A stretch of 64,000 nt of DNA. Origin: Tubulanus polymorphus. Taxonomy: Eukaryota; Animalia; Nemertea. Below are positions 1-25,000 of the stretch, in pieces. The notes under the pieces were generated by a model, which did no database searches, was not told the DNA's origin, and was given only the letters and a program-made list of their open reading frames with translations. The translations under genes and the position numbers were made by a program. Position 1 is the first letter of the stretch. Every line of letters begins with the position of its first letter. The stretch covers positions 20,559,101 to 20,623,100 of the forward strand of contig NC_134025.1 in assembly GCF_964204645.1 (NCBI RefSeq), in the 5' to 3' direction.

Positions 1-653
1 CAACGTGGCTGTCGTTGTTAAGTTAATGATAGAATCAACGACCTCCTGTTTGATAGCAGCTATGTTTCCAACAACCGGTCAGATGTGATCTCTATGATAG
101 TTGTAGCAGAAGAACTAGTCATTTGTGTCTATTTTCCTTTCATAGTTCAGCGTGTTTGTACCGTAAAATATTCTCGTATTGCTGTAACGGGCATATCCGT
201 ATTCGTGGTGGTTTTGATAACTCTAAAAAATTCATTCAGGCCAGTTTTTTACCTGAAAGCTAAGGATTGCGTAGGTCCAGCCGCCACAATACGACAGAAC
301 TACTTTACAGTTCGCTTTATGTATATGTATCTTTTATCACAATTGTCGTTTGCAACAGCGCTATAGCGGTTAAATCTGCCAACTCCGTGGATTTGACAAG
401 ACATCCGAGAAAAGACGGTTGCACAGTTACAGAGTTGCTGTAATGATGGCTATTTTGACCACATCTTTCCTGGCATTGTGGTTCCCACATTGGTTAGTAC
501 TGATTCTCGAAGTCAGTTCGGATATCCGTACCTTGATTCTCGATGAGATTTTAGTGTAATGTGAGTAATTATTCGATCAGTTTCATCCTATATATTGCTT
601 CAGGAACTGAATTCCGTAAAGAAATTCGAACACTGTTTCGGTGTACGAAATAG
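1..653 (+). pseudogene. Degenerate rhodopsin-class (class A) GPCR, TM3 to helix 8, probably peptide-receptor-like; 5' part lies outside the window
   Basis: Fragments in shifting frames: TM3-ICL2-TM4 (SMIVVAEELVICVYFPFIVQRVCTVKYSRIAVTGISVFVVVL, ORF 85-366), TM6 (RVAVMMAILTTSFLALWFPHW, ~430-495) and TM7/H8 (SNYSISFILYIASGTEFRKEIRTLF, ~565-640, TAG at 651-653). Several stops and frameshifts; no introns seen. Confidence 0.7.
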
Positions 654-1654
654 ACTTGTTTACAACTGCTGCGTCACCAATGAATCTCGTCAAAGGAAAT
701 GTTAGTTAAAAATCATTGTAAATATTTAAAGATGTTAAATGTAACTTGACAATTCTAAGCCAAACTCTTCCTTCCGTATATATCTCCACAAATATCTATT
801 CAAAGACTGAAAGTATGGAAGTATCGGCGGAAATATCAGGCGAAAAAGTTTGTGAAGTATTCCATGAAGTATTTCATGAAAATCTTTATGAGAGAACAAT
901 TTCAAAATGTAAAACTAAGTTAAGAAGTTATTTTATGAACCACCAGAATGCTTTCGAAGTAGTGGCAGGGCCGTATCTATCGTATTTTTAAACATTTGAA
1001 TTTATAACCTAGATTTATGGTGGCTGATTCGGGCGACATTAATTTAAGAAAAAATATATATGACGCTCGATCTCGATCAAATTCTTCATGCATTCTACAC
1101 CTTTTGTTTTGATCTTAAAATAGGGATCGCCCCTTTCGTTTTAATGCTACGTCAAAACCAGTTTTTTGTTTTAACGCGTGCACGCACGTTTGCACGCCCA
1201 GATTGAGTCAGTTCCAAAATCAAGAACGGCCCTGGATCGGTCTTTAAGGTGGCTCATTATTGGAACGTTCTACGATGAAGCGGACCAATTCGGAACGGAC
1301 TGTTCGCTGGTGTTGAACGCTTTGTCGGTTCCAATTTAGTTCCGTTCCTTTCTAAATATCGTAGTGTGATCTCGGCTCTAGCGTGACTAGATGATAATGA
1401 CAGGCTTTCATGGGAAACACAAAAAGACGAATGTAAGACGTAATAACCATTTTATGATTAGAGACGGATAATTATTGATAAGCTAGATAAATATCAAATC
1501 ATTTTCAAACTTCAGCTTATTGGATCAGTTGCTGGAAATTATAGTTTGGTTTCCGCGTCGAACTGTTGAAAATATAACTACCATGGTATCTTAACAGAAT
1601 TTAACACTGAATAACTCTCGAGCAATTGACTCTAGGCGTGTATCGGTAATTCGA

Positions 1655-14782
<13,128 letters not shown>

Positions 14783-14839
14783 TGTCAACTACGCGAATGG
14801 TGCAAAAATGATGTCGCAGATTTCATTAGAGAAAATTCG

Positions 14840-14846
14840 TTTTATA
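14840..14846 (-). promoter_or_regulatory. TATA box of astacin copy 1
   Basis: TATAAAA on the minus strand ~60 nt upstream of the ATG, inside the block cgttttataatgccagatggttaccga that is conserved in copy 2 (~38099-38125). Confidence 0.55.
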
Positions 14847-15081
14847 ATGCCAGATGGTTACCGATGATTTGAGTTTCTCGATATCCGTAACTGATACATA
14901 TACAGTGTGTTTCATAAAATGCGCAACCTCTGAAAAATCAACTATTTCAGGCATAATTTCATTATGAATTGAAATTCAATTAGGGTGGTAATATTGATTT
15001 GTAGATTCGTACAGGAGCCGTGTAAACCAGGTGTAGAATAAATACAACGAGACGAATGATACTTTATGGGTTAACTAGTTT

Positions 15082-15128
15082 ATTCGACGCGCGAGCTTTC
15101 GCTACTATGATAGCTTCATCAGGTGAAT
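15082..15128 (-). ncRNA. Penelope-type minimal hammerhead ribozyme-like motif (degenerate)
   Basis: Minus strand reads CTGATGA-a-gcta(tcatag)tagc-GAA-AGCT-C: core boxes, stem II and a palindromic stem III. Stem I pairs poorly. Confidence 0.45.
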
Positions 15129-15203
15129 TAGTTAGTTTTCATTTTAAATAAGAAATAATTGGGCCAGCCGTAAATGCACGCTTCACGCACATGATTGCAT
15201 TTT

Positions 15204-15580
15204 CTAACTGACTACTAAAATGACCCAGAACCATGTCAGTAAACAGAGACAATGGTCAATTATTAAAAAGTGTTCCTTACACCACATGCATCTTGCGCGA
15301 GGTCTCCTGCGTTTAATGATCGACCAGCAGATATGATCAGGAGATCAATGAATGCCATGCGCGAAAGAGATCAGCTTCGCGTTCGCTAAAATGTCCAACA
15401 GATCAGAGGAAGATCTTAACCAGACTATTTTCATTGTTACGACAAAATCGTCTGTTCATATCTTTATTTCTATTTCATCAATATCGCAAATAAAAAAAAG
15501 TTGTGGTTTCATGAGAATGTATTATTGACCATTGTCCCTGTTTACCGACATGGTTCTGAGTGATTTTAGTGGTCAGTTAG
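15204..15580. mobile_element. MITE with ~55-bp terminal inverted repeats in the astacin-1/SLC6-1 intergenic region
   Basis: ctaactgactactaaaatgacccagaaccatgtcagtaaacagagacaatggtcaat ... attgaccattgtccctgtttaccgacatggttctgagtgattttagtggtcagttag. Confidence 0.8.
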
Positions 15581-15959
15581 CAAACGAGGGATTAGTATTG
15601 TACCAGAAGTGAACGTACAAATCAAACGGATCTTATGCTGTCTGCCTTATTTCGACGAGTGGCTGCTATCAGCAGAGAAAAAAGATCAATAGGCAATACA
15701 ATACGATAATGGCAATGTCCGAAGACCACGATTATATTATGGGAGCTTAGATGACAAGCCTATTAAACTTGAACTCGCCCAGGCTTATCACGAGTTATGT
15801 CTTGTCATTTTTCATAATCGCTCAAAATACATACGATTTCTCACCAAAACTACGTAAGCGTGATTTTTAGCGCTGATAAGACCTCGAAAGTGGTTAAAGT
15901 AATTGTCGATTAATGGTCATGACGTCCTTTTGATGACCTAGATAATGCTCGGGGACAGG

Positions 15960-15993
15960 TATATAAATAGATAAGTCATGAACTTGTCATTTC
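15960..15993 (+). promoter_or_regulatory. TATA box plus initiator of SLC6 copy 1
   Basis: TATATAAA at 15960 and an Inr-like TCATTT whose A at 15989 is ~29 nt downstream. Same layout in copy 2 (TATATAT 39841, TCAGTT 39866), with GATAAG adjacent in both. Confidence 0.6.
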
Positions 15994-16041
15994 AAACTCG
16001 ACTGGTCAACAAATCGCGTGCGGTGTACATGATAAACGAAA

Positions 16042-19000
16042 ATGACTCCGGATCCGACAACTACGTCAACAGTGAACCTGGTCGAAGAAAATGTAAGTTG
16101 GATATTGTTTTGATGGGTCAATTAAAAAAGTACACGAAATTACAATATTGATATTCCAACTTTATTCGAGCGAACGATCGAGTCTTATTTTGTCTTAGAT
16201 TCATTTAATTTTCACGTGATATATTTCAGTACAGATCTGCAGTTGATTATGTCATGAAAATTGTCACTTCTGAACAGTAAACGATAATACTTTTTTAATA
16301 TTGAAAGTTATATTCAAAAGTTTGTTTTGAAATGGTGGCCGATGCGTGCGATACAGTACATAAATGACAAGCAGCCGAATCTATAATCATTCTCTCCAAC
16401 GAATGTACGGACAGAGCAATCTTTGCAAATTTCATTAGAAAATTGATAATATTGATTGCATTGAATTTAGACGAGCGTGGCCAGGCAGCGCTACGTATGT
16501 GTTCACTTGCTGCATGTGTTAAGCTCTCACACAGGGGTCACAGTACTGGATACCGACTATCGCATTTTCTTATCAGCTTTAATAAACATTTTGATATCAG
16601 AATTTGTGAAGTTATGGGAATTTTCCGTAACATCACAAATTATGATATACCCATACAACGAAAATAACCTGGATGGCTCTAATCTGTATTGTACATCGAC
16701 CTATTGAACCGACAATCGCTTCAACTCTTCTCCGTGTATACAACATGTAGTTTTATGTCTAAATGCGTCAAAAATAAGTAAAAAATCAACTATGCAGAGT
16801 TTGTACTAGATATTTATTTCATCTAGGGTGACGCGTAGAGTAAACGAGCTTGAAATATCCTGGCCGCCATCTAAACCATCGAGACCGATTTCTTAGGGAT
16901 TTATATTGAAATACAAAAGTGCACGAAAATTCATATTTCTTAATACCCACATGAACATTACAATCAGTTTGATCATAGCTAAGGGCCTGAATATAATGAA
17001 ATTATGATATTGAGATTTTCGTGGATTGCACTGGGCTAGACATTTGAAGTATATATGTATTGACTGCGCTATTGATATTGGACGGCGCAAACAAAATGAT
17101 GTAAATATATAATTTACTATAGCGTCGTTAGACCCGTAAAACGTCTGGTCTTCCTGATCCGGTTCTACTGCAGAATAAACCATGTCATAGAGCAGATATC
17201 TGTTTTCTTGCTAAACATACAAAACGGACGTTTGCACAATGGACGAAGTCTCTATAAGGAATGATCGATCGAAATTTTATACGAATGTAAACTGAATATA
17301 ACAGCCACACTCTGACATGGAGAATAGATTATATGTTTAAAACCCACTATATACAGAATTAAAAAAAAATCTAAAAGCATATTTTATGCGTTCTCTTGTG
17401 AGAGTTTGAAATGTCGTGTCTTTTGATTTCAATTTTTGATAAACAAAATTGCTTTTAATTCTGCGTATTGTGAGTTTCAAAGTTGTAAACTGAATGTTTA
17501 TAAATCGAGATTTGACCGTTTTCTGCAATGGGTGAAGGCTATCAACCTTCAATCAACGAGTTTATCCATGGACTCGAGTCCATGGTTTATCCAATCGATG
17601 ACCACTTCACATTTGACCACGTTCATTAGGCTATCGCTTCTATTAGCACGTGAAGACATGTCAATAACCAGGGTCTTGTATTCATTCATTGACCTTGTAA
17701 ACTATGTAAATAACGTCTTATATTTGCGGACATTTACATTCCTATCTACTTTGCGTTGCTATGAACGTCGCGTTTTTTTTTCACACTGACGAAGCCGTTC
17801 GAAGCGCTGAAACACAAGCCTCGGTGTCACTGTTATTTGAAACCCGCGTCACTGGCTTTGTATGTTAATGCAACCTGCTGTAGTTTCAAAATTAAATCAA
17901 ATTAGTGGGTAAATCTGGTAACAATGCCGACCAAATCACATACCTCTTGTTCCAGTTTATTCATTACACGTGAATGTAATTTGCATCGTTTTAAACCTAT
18001 ACCATGATAGTCCTACGTAAAACCATTCTTGTCGGGTGAACTCTGTTTTTGGAGATTCGGTTTAGGCGCTAACATGTCCGATGGTGGGTTTTATCGTGTA
18101 CCGAGAAGCGGTGAAAGTAGCTGCAGTTTAGCGAAAATAGTAGAAAATGATTTTACTGATAAAATTCACTACAAACAGGTATTTTGGGAACTTAAAAAGA
18201 GATACTCAAATAATCGGCTAAATTTACTGACTTGGGTAGAAATTCTATCTTTTTTTTAATTAGAAACCGGCGACAGTCGTTCAGCGCGGGATGGGTCGTT
18301 CAACGTATATAATTTATAAGTATTTTTCTTCTTTTTAGTGCCTTGCAACTGACCAGGCTAACAGCCACACCATCGAAAAGGGAAACACTAAAAAAGTGCC
18401 AAAAGAACGTGGAAATTGGGGAGGACAACTGGAGTTTATTCTGACGTGTATAGGATATGCCGTAGGTTTAGGAAATGTCTGGAGATTTCCATATCTCTGT
18501 TACAAAAATGGAGGAGGTAAGCAGTACTTGTAAACTCGGAGAAATTCCACTCTTGCCATAACAGCTTTGCCTATTTGATATTTGCCAGACATTTGTCAAA
18601 CATTAGTTCGATCTGGTTCTGTTGCAGGTGCCTTTTTGATACCATACGTCATAATGTTGTTATTTGTCGGTCTTCCATTGTTTTTTATGGAGCTTTCGTT
18701 CGGTCAATTTGCTAGTCTCGGTCCGATATCCGTCTGGAAAATAAACCCATTATTCAAAGGTAACTTTGGTGGTTAACACCGGAATAAACTTATATACGCT
18801 CGTATTCATGGCAATCACTCTTTGGTAATAACTTTCATTCATTTCTTCAAATTTCAAGCTTTTGCAATAATATCCTTTCAGGTATGGGTTGGGCAATGAT
18901 AATAGTGACGTTTTGTATTTCATTGTATTATAACGTCATTGTGGCATATTGTCTGTACTATCTTTTCGCGTCGATGACTTCGGTTCTACCGTGGTCAACA

Positions 19001-22000
19001 TGTGGTAACGAATGGAACAGCGAGTACTGTACGAACGACATCAATGATAATGTCGTTAAAAACGGTAGGTTTCCTGATATATATTTTAACTCGTATTTCA
19101 CACCGTTAAAAGCCTGCATCACGTTTGATATTTGAGAGGTGTATGTTTCAGTTACTTATTTGAATAATGCCACACTCGAAATCGAAAATGGCACAGTTAC
19201 CACACTCTATAACTGTAGCACTGCTGCAATTGAGAATGCGCTTGCAACTATCAATACAACGACAACTACGTTGGTAGCAAACTGCACAGAAAAACAGACA
19301 GCAATCAACTCGTCGACAGAAGAATATTTCTAGTGAGTGGCTAATCTTATTCTAACTCGATCGAGCTTAACGTTAGTTAAGCTTTATACTAAATGCGATT
19401 ACGTTTACCATTTTTAGTAACAAAGTACTTGGCCTAACTGACGATTTTTCTGTAACTGGCAAGTTGAAATGGGAGTTGAGTCTATGTTTGCTCTTGGCCT
19501 GGATTGTTGTGTTCCTCGTGTTGATCAAAGGAATACAAACGTTAGGCAAGGTAACTGCGAACGTTCTTAATCCTAGGAATAGGGTCATAACTGGGGTAAT
19601 ATGATAATGATAAAATAACTAATGATTACTATGTGTTCAAATCTGGATTCACATTGTATATAAAATAAACCTCCACGGTCTGAAGCAAATAGATCTGATA
19701 GATATTTCCTGACCACTAACTAACTTCTATTACAAATATAAATAGAACTTGATATTTACAGGTGGTATATTTCACTGCGTTATTCCCGTATGTTTTGCTG
19801 ACGGCTCTTCTCATCCAAGGCTGCACACTAGAAGGTTCAATTGATGGTATACTGTACTACGTAACCCCTCAATGGGATAGACTTCTCGATGGCGAGGTAA
19901 AACGGCTATTGATTTTCATAAGAAATAATGAGAAGTAAGAACTGAAACATTTCATATCGCACGCCAACCCGCTGAAACCCAGTCGCCATGATCGACGGTT
20001 TTAGAAATTCGACATCATATTTACGTGTGCATTGTGCATTTTAGGTGTGGAAGGATGCAGGAGTTCAGATCTTCTATTCTATGGGTATTGCCCAGGGTAC
20101 CTTGATTACAATGTCAAGCTATAATCCCTTTAATAATAATTGTCTCAGGTATGTCGTTCGAAGGCATGGAGTCGTCCACACGGTCCGTTATATTCGTATT
20201 CAACGATATTTCGATGTTGATTTATCGATTCCCAATCTTGCTTCGCACATAGTTTCACGTTTAAATCGACGCTCGGGGTCAAAAATCGTGTCAAAATATT
20301 GCAGTGTTTTTAAGGTTCAATTCACAACAGAAACGGTATCTAATTGGATTGTACGCAACTTAACTCCGGACTCGAAAAATCGAAAGCGAACTCTCAAGAT
20401 TAAACCCACTACTGGACTAATTCTTAAAAACCGTATCCATACATGTTTTGGGTCTAAAATAAAAGATTTTCAAAATCTACAAAACGCTTCATCAATTTGA
20501 GATACTGTCTAATTCTCAGCTATATCATCTGCTACTGCTTTGTATGAGTTCACAGTCGATTTGTTATATATAAATGATTCACAGAGAATTTGACAAAGTC
20601 GTCCAATATACTGATCGTCGATTCTATCGTGAAGCGTTTATTTCGCTGCTCATCAAAGTGCACATAAATTCTCCTCTTCCCCATATATTTACTTTTCAGT
20701 CCAGGGGAATCTCACTCGTATATTTCTTACAGCGCGGGATGAAATCTACCATGCATAGATTTACTAGATCGCTAGATTGGATACTACAAATTCATTTTTC
20801 CATCAAATTTTTGGTATTTCATTTGAGCATTTGTGCTATCTTATACTATTGTAGGTTTGGAGCGATGCGGCCACGCAAATATTTTACTCCCTGAGCACTT
20901 GTTCTGGAGGTCTTATCGCAATGGCCAGTTTCAGTAAATTTAACAACAACTGTCTCAGGTACTGAACTCTGGCATTGAACAAAATAACCTTAGAGCGCTT
21001 ATATACCCTATAAAAGCCTAAATCGCGTGAGGATGAAATATAGAAAATTTGGCTACGCTTCAACGCTTCTCTTGACTCTAACAGACCGTGGAGTTATTAT
21101 TTGACAAAAGGAGGAAAGGGCTTTTAAAAGCGGCGGTAGAATTAGGTTAGATAAAGTTCTTGAAAGAAATTTTAGCTAAGCGGGTTTTTCACGTCCTGGG
21201 TACGGTGAATGATTATCGCCAGCTTTAATGAGCTGATATGATATATAAAGAATGCAAAGGGGGATTTTATGACTCAGAAAGTGCGATCAATCAGCACCAC
21301 GTTTAGATGAGTTATCACGAAACAATGAGTGATCACTGTTCTGTTAAAGGATCCACAGTTCCACAATAAAATAAGTCTAGACTATGTTGATTTTTGTCCT
21401 GATAACCTATAAAAAAGATTAGCCAATATTTCAATGATTTGACCGCGAATCGGGTCGGTAAATCAAATGAAGGGATCCGGTTTACAGAGATGGAACGAAG
21501 CCGTATCGATAATCCAGAACATCGAAACTAGAACAAAGGAATTAACTATTTCTTTACGTCTACAGGGAATCTGGGGCCAATTTCACGAAATGATTTTCAA
21601 CATTTCAACTGAGTTATGGCTAACTGATTAGTGAAAGTCATCCTCTTAGATAGGCTCCAGGACTAGGTGCAACTTGGTCCAGTTTTACAACATAGAACTG
21701 ATATCGATCCTCATTATCCTCGTAAAACTGAGCCCAGTTCCCAGTTTCGCAGTTCTAGGTTCTCATCCCTCGGCAGGGATTCGTACCTGATGGCATCGCT
21801 ACACACTCAGCCACGGTATGAACTACCACACTATGTAGACCGGGTGTGCAGGTTTGCCGCGCAAAACCTTGCGGCACCAATCACATAGCTTGTGGTATAT
21901 GCGCTGAGGAAAATTTCGCGTTGAACCTTGGGAAACCTCACGCTAATAAAACGGACATCTGATTGACAAATAATTACATCATCTAAGTTGCGCGTGTACC

Positions 22001-25000
22001 TGCGCACCCGCTCTAGTGTGACAGGGTTCCTTACCGTGGCGAGTGTCAACGCCAACAGGTTCGAATCCCTGCCATTTGACAGTCAATTCCAACTTGATGG
22101 TTTGCTTAAATCGTAAAAATGAATGACTCGATTATCACGAAATTTAATGATCAAATCAAACACTTAAAGAAACGGATGATTTTTGTTCATGCTTATGATA
22201 GATTATCTTTAATAGAATTGCAAGTAAATTGTTGAAATATCGTACGATCTTTTTATTTCAGAGATGCTCTAATCGTGCCGTTTATAAACTGCGGTACGAG
22301 TATCTACGCCGGGTTCGTAATATTCTCAGTTCTCGGATTCATGGCCCACGAGAAGCACACGACCGTTGCTGATGTCGCCAGAGGAGGTAAATACCATCAT
22401 TGATTCTGTTTTTGACTTGTGTATGTATTGCTAGCGTTAAGCGGCCTTTCTGACTTTGCTATGCCTGTGTAGATTGTATGTATATATACTTTCCTATGCA
22501 AATCAAGTCTGAAATGAATTGAATTGAATTTCATAACATCTAGCACGCACTATAAAATTTCAAATTTAGAGCAATTGTACGGAAATATTTGAGTTAAGCC
22601 ATTAGAATAAGTTTCTTAGTCTACTTTATAGGTCGCCGATTTTCTATTCGTCATTCTGGAAGAATAGTGGCTGCTATTTAAGGTTGAATTCGAAACGTCG
22701 TTGCACAATAGATATTTTCGTATTCAATCAATTTTTAACTTAAAACCTGCAAGCTCTCAACAACAAGGACTTATCTATTGAATTTTATCCCTTTTTAATA
22801 TTCAATACGTCTCAAACAATTTCTTATCTTTATTGCGAATACCAGGAATCCATATTTGGCAATGAAAGTTAACGTATTAAAAGTCTCATGAAATAAGGTT
22901 ATCTTTATCACATTAGAAAGCTATAAATGATGATATTTAAGAAAAATTTACGCAATGGCGCATAATAAAACAGGAATATTTAATGTTCTGTCCCGATAAG
23001 ATCTGTTTCAATGCATAAACTGAAAGAGTTTAGATATCGGGAGAATAAAACAAATTCTTATCAAAGTCAAAAATGCGTGCGTAATAGATGATTATGATAA
23101 AAGACAGTATCTCATAATTGTCTGTAAAAAATAGTTAAGTTCATTCTTCGGACGAGCTCAAAACAATTTACATCGATACAATTGTTCTTCACTTACAATT
23201 AATTTTCCAACCTATAGTTTTTCATTCATTTCATGCAAACCTATAATTTTATAACCGTAAAAGTCAAAACAAAAATATTTAAAAAAAAATTGGGTGAAAA
23301 TGCCGTATAAAAAATGACGCATCTCCTTAAAAGTTGAAAATATCAAGCATTCCAATTATATTCTTATTATAGAAATTATCGTAATAAATTGATATATTTC
23401 TTCGTCAGGACCTGGTTTAGCCTTCATCGTTTACCCAGAAGCTGTTGCTAAAATGCCTCTATTTCCACCATTGTGGGCGATACTATTCTTCATCATGATG
23501 GTCATGCTCGGATTCAGCTCACAGGTATCTATCACTTTATATGCTCGAATTCTTTCCATTGTCACCTGCAAATGCTAAATATTTGGAGAAACGTTCAAAC
23601 CGTTAATAATTCTATCGATATTTGCCCTATTGAATGAATTGTATAGTATTGGGGATCACGATTGTGTTATATTTCTCGAACTTTCTTTTCTATAGTTTTC
23701 TATGATGGAAACGGTGATCAGCGCGATTTCTGATGAATACAAGAGAACGCTAAGAACGACGACGAAAAGGACGATCATATTTAGAGCCGCTATTTGCACC
23801 ATAGCATTTTTACTCGGTTTGCCAATGTGTTTAGAGGTGAGTAACAGGGATGAAATATTGTGGCAGTTTTATGTTTATCGTAGTTTTTATGATGGCTGCA
23901 TTAATATACACTTTATAAAAGGAGTAACTAAAATCGTAAATTGTAAATGTAACTGGAGTAATTGTGACTGTATAACTGAAAATTGTTTTTATCCTGTGCT
24001 CGAAAAGATTGTGTAATTTCTGGAGCAATAGATTTATTCTGAATCTGAATTTGTATCATTGATCGTTTACTTTCATCATAGAAATTCGGACATAGTAACG
24101 AACTCAGATAAAAACAATGAATATAACAAGACCACGCGACATTCAGTTGTACATAGCATTTGCATTATGCGTTTCAACTTATCGAATTTATTTTCTAGAA
24201 TGGTATGTACCTTTTGAATTTGATTGACAATTTTGTCGGTGGTTTTCCGCTGCTGATCGTCGGATTTCTGGAATGCATCGCGATAAATTATATATACGGT
24301 GAGTTTCTAATGCGGTTTACCCAGGTTAAACGCTTAAGTAAATCGTCTAAAGCGATGAAGTTATCGATAGATAACAATAAATTGTAAATAGTAAAATGGA
24401 ATTGATTCGAAATGTGTTCTATTTTTTTTCTCTTAAATTTAGGATATAAACGTTTCGCTGCTGATATTCGGTTGATGTTAGGCCGAGAACCGGGTGTATT
24501 TTTCAGGGCCACGTGGTGTGTTGTTTCGCCTCTAGTCATGATTGTAAGTACTGAATGGCCTAAATCCAGCAATCCAGCTCATCAACATGCATCGCATACA
24601 TTCTTTATCTTATTCTCGTGTAAATTCCACCATTGCCTTTTTGGAAAATGAGTATATCGCATTGGTGTAATTGGAGAGTGTACAATGGGCATCAGGACAA
24701 ACAATTCTATCATTCTTCCGTCTTTAAAACCGATGGTGTCCTAGTTCTGGTTCATTCCTATCTAGAGACTATCTCTGACGTTTTGTCTGTAGCGTCTTTC
24801 TAGATAATTAGTTTAAATTTCTTTGTAGGGTACGATCGTATTCAAATCATGGAATTATCAACGTCTTACGTATAATGACTACGTTTATCCCGATTGGGCA
24901 GAGGCTCTAGGATGGGTTACTGCCGTCATTCCTATCAGTGTTATTTTCATTTGGATGTTGGTACAATACTGCAGGTCGTACGGCTATCAGGTAATTCAAA

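Noticed and set aside
746-991. 81-aa ORF and other short ORFs in introns and the 52-64 kb region
   Set aside because: No motifs, splice context or paralog conservation; many are antisense shadows of real exons.
21566-21632. Possible third TM6 exon after tacag ([11 protein letters not shown]…)
   Set aside because: No QIFYS or NNCLR similarity, early stop, and the sequence resembles a MITE terminus.
22000-22080. tRNA-like B-box GGTTCGAATCCC
   Set aside because: No convincing cloverleaf or A-box; at most a SINE head remnant. The same applies to 53517-53595 as a tRNA gene.
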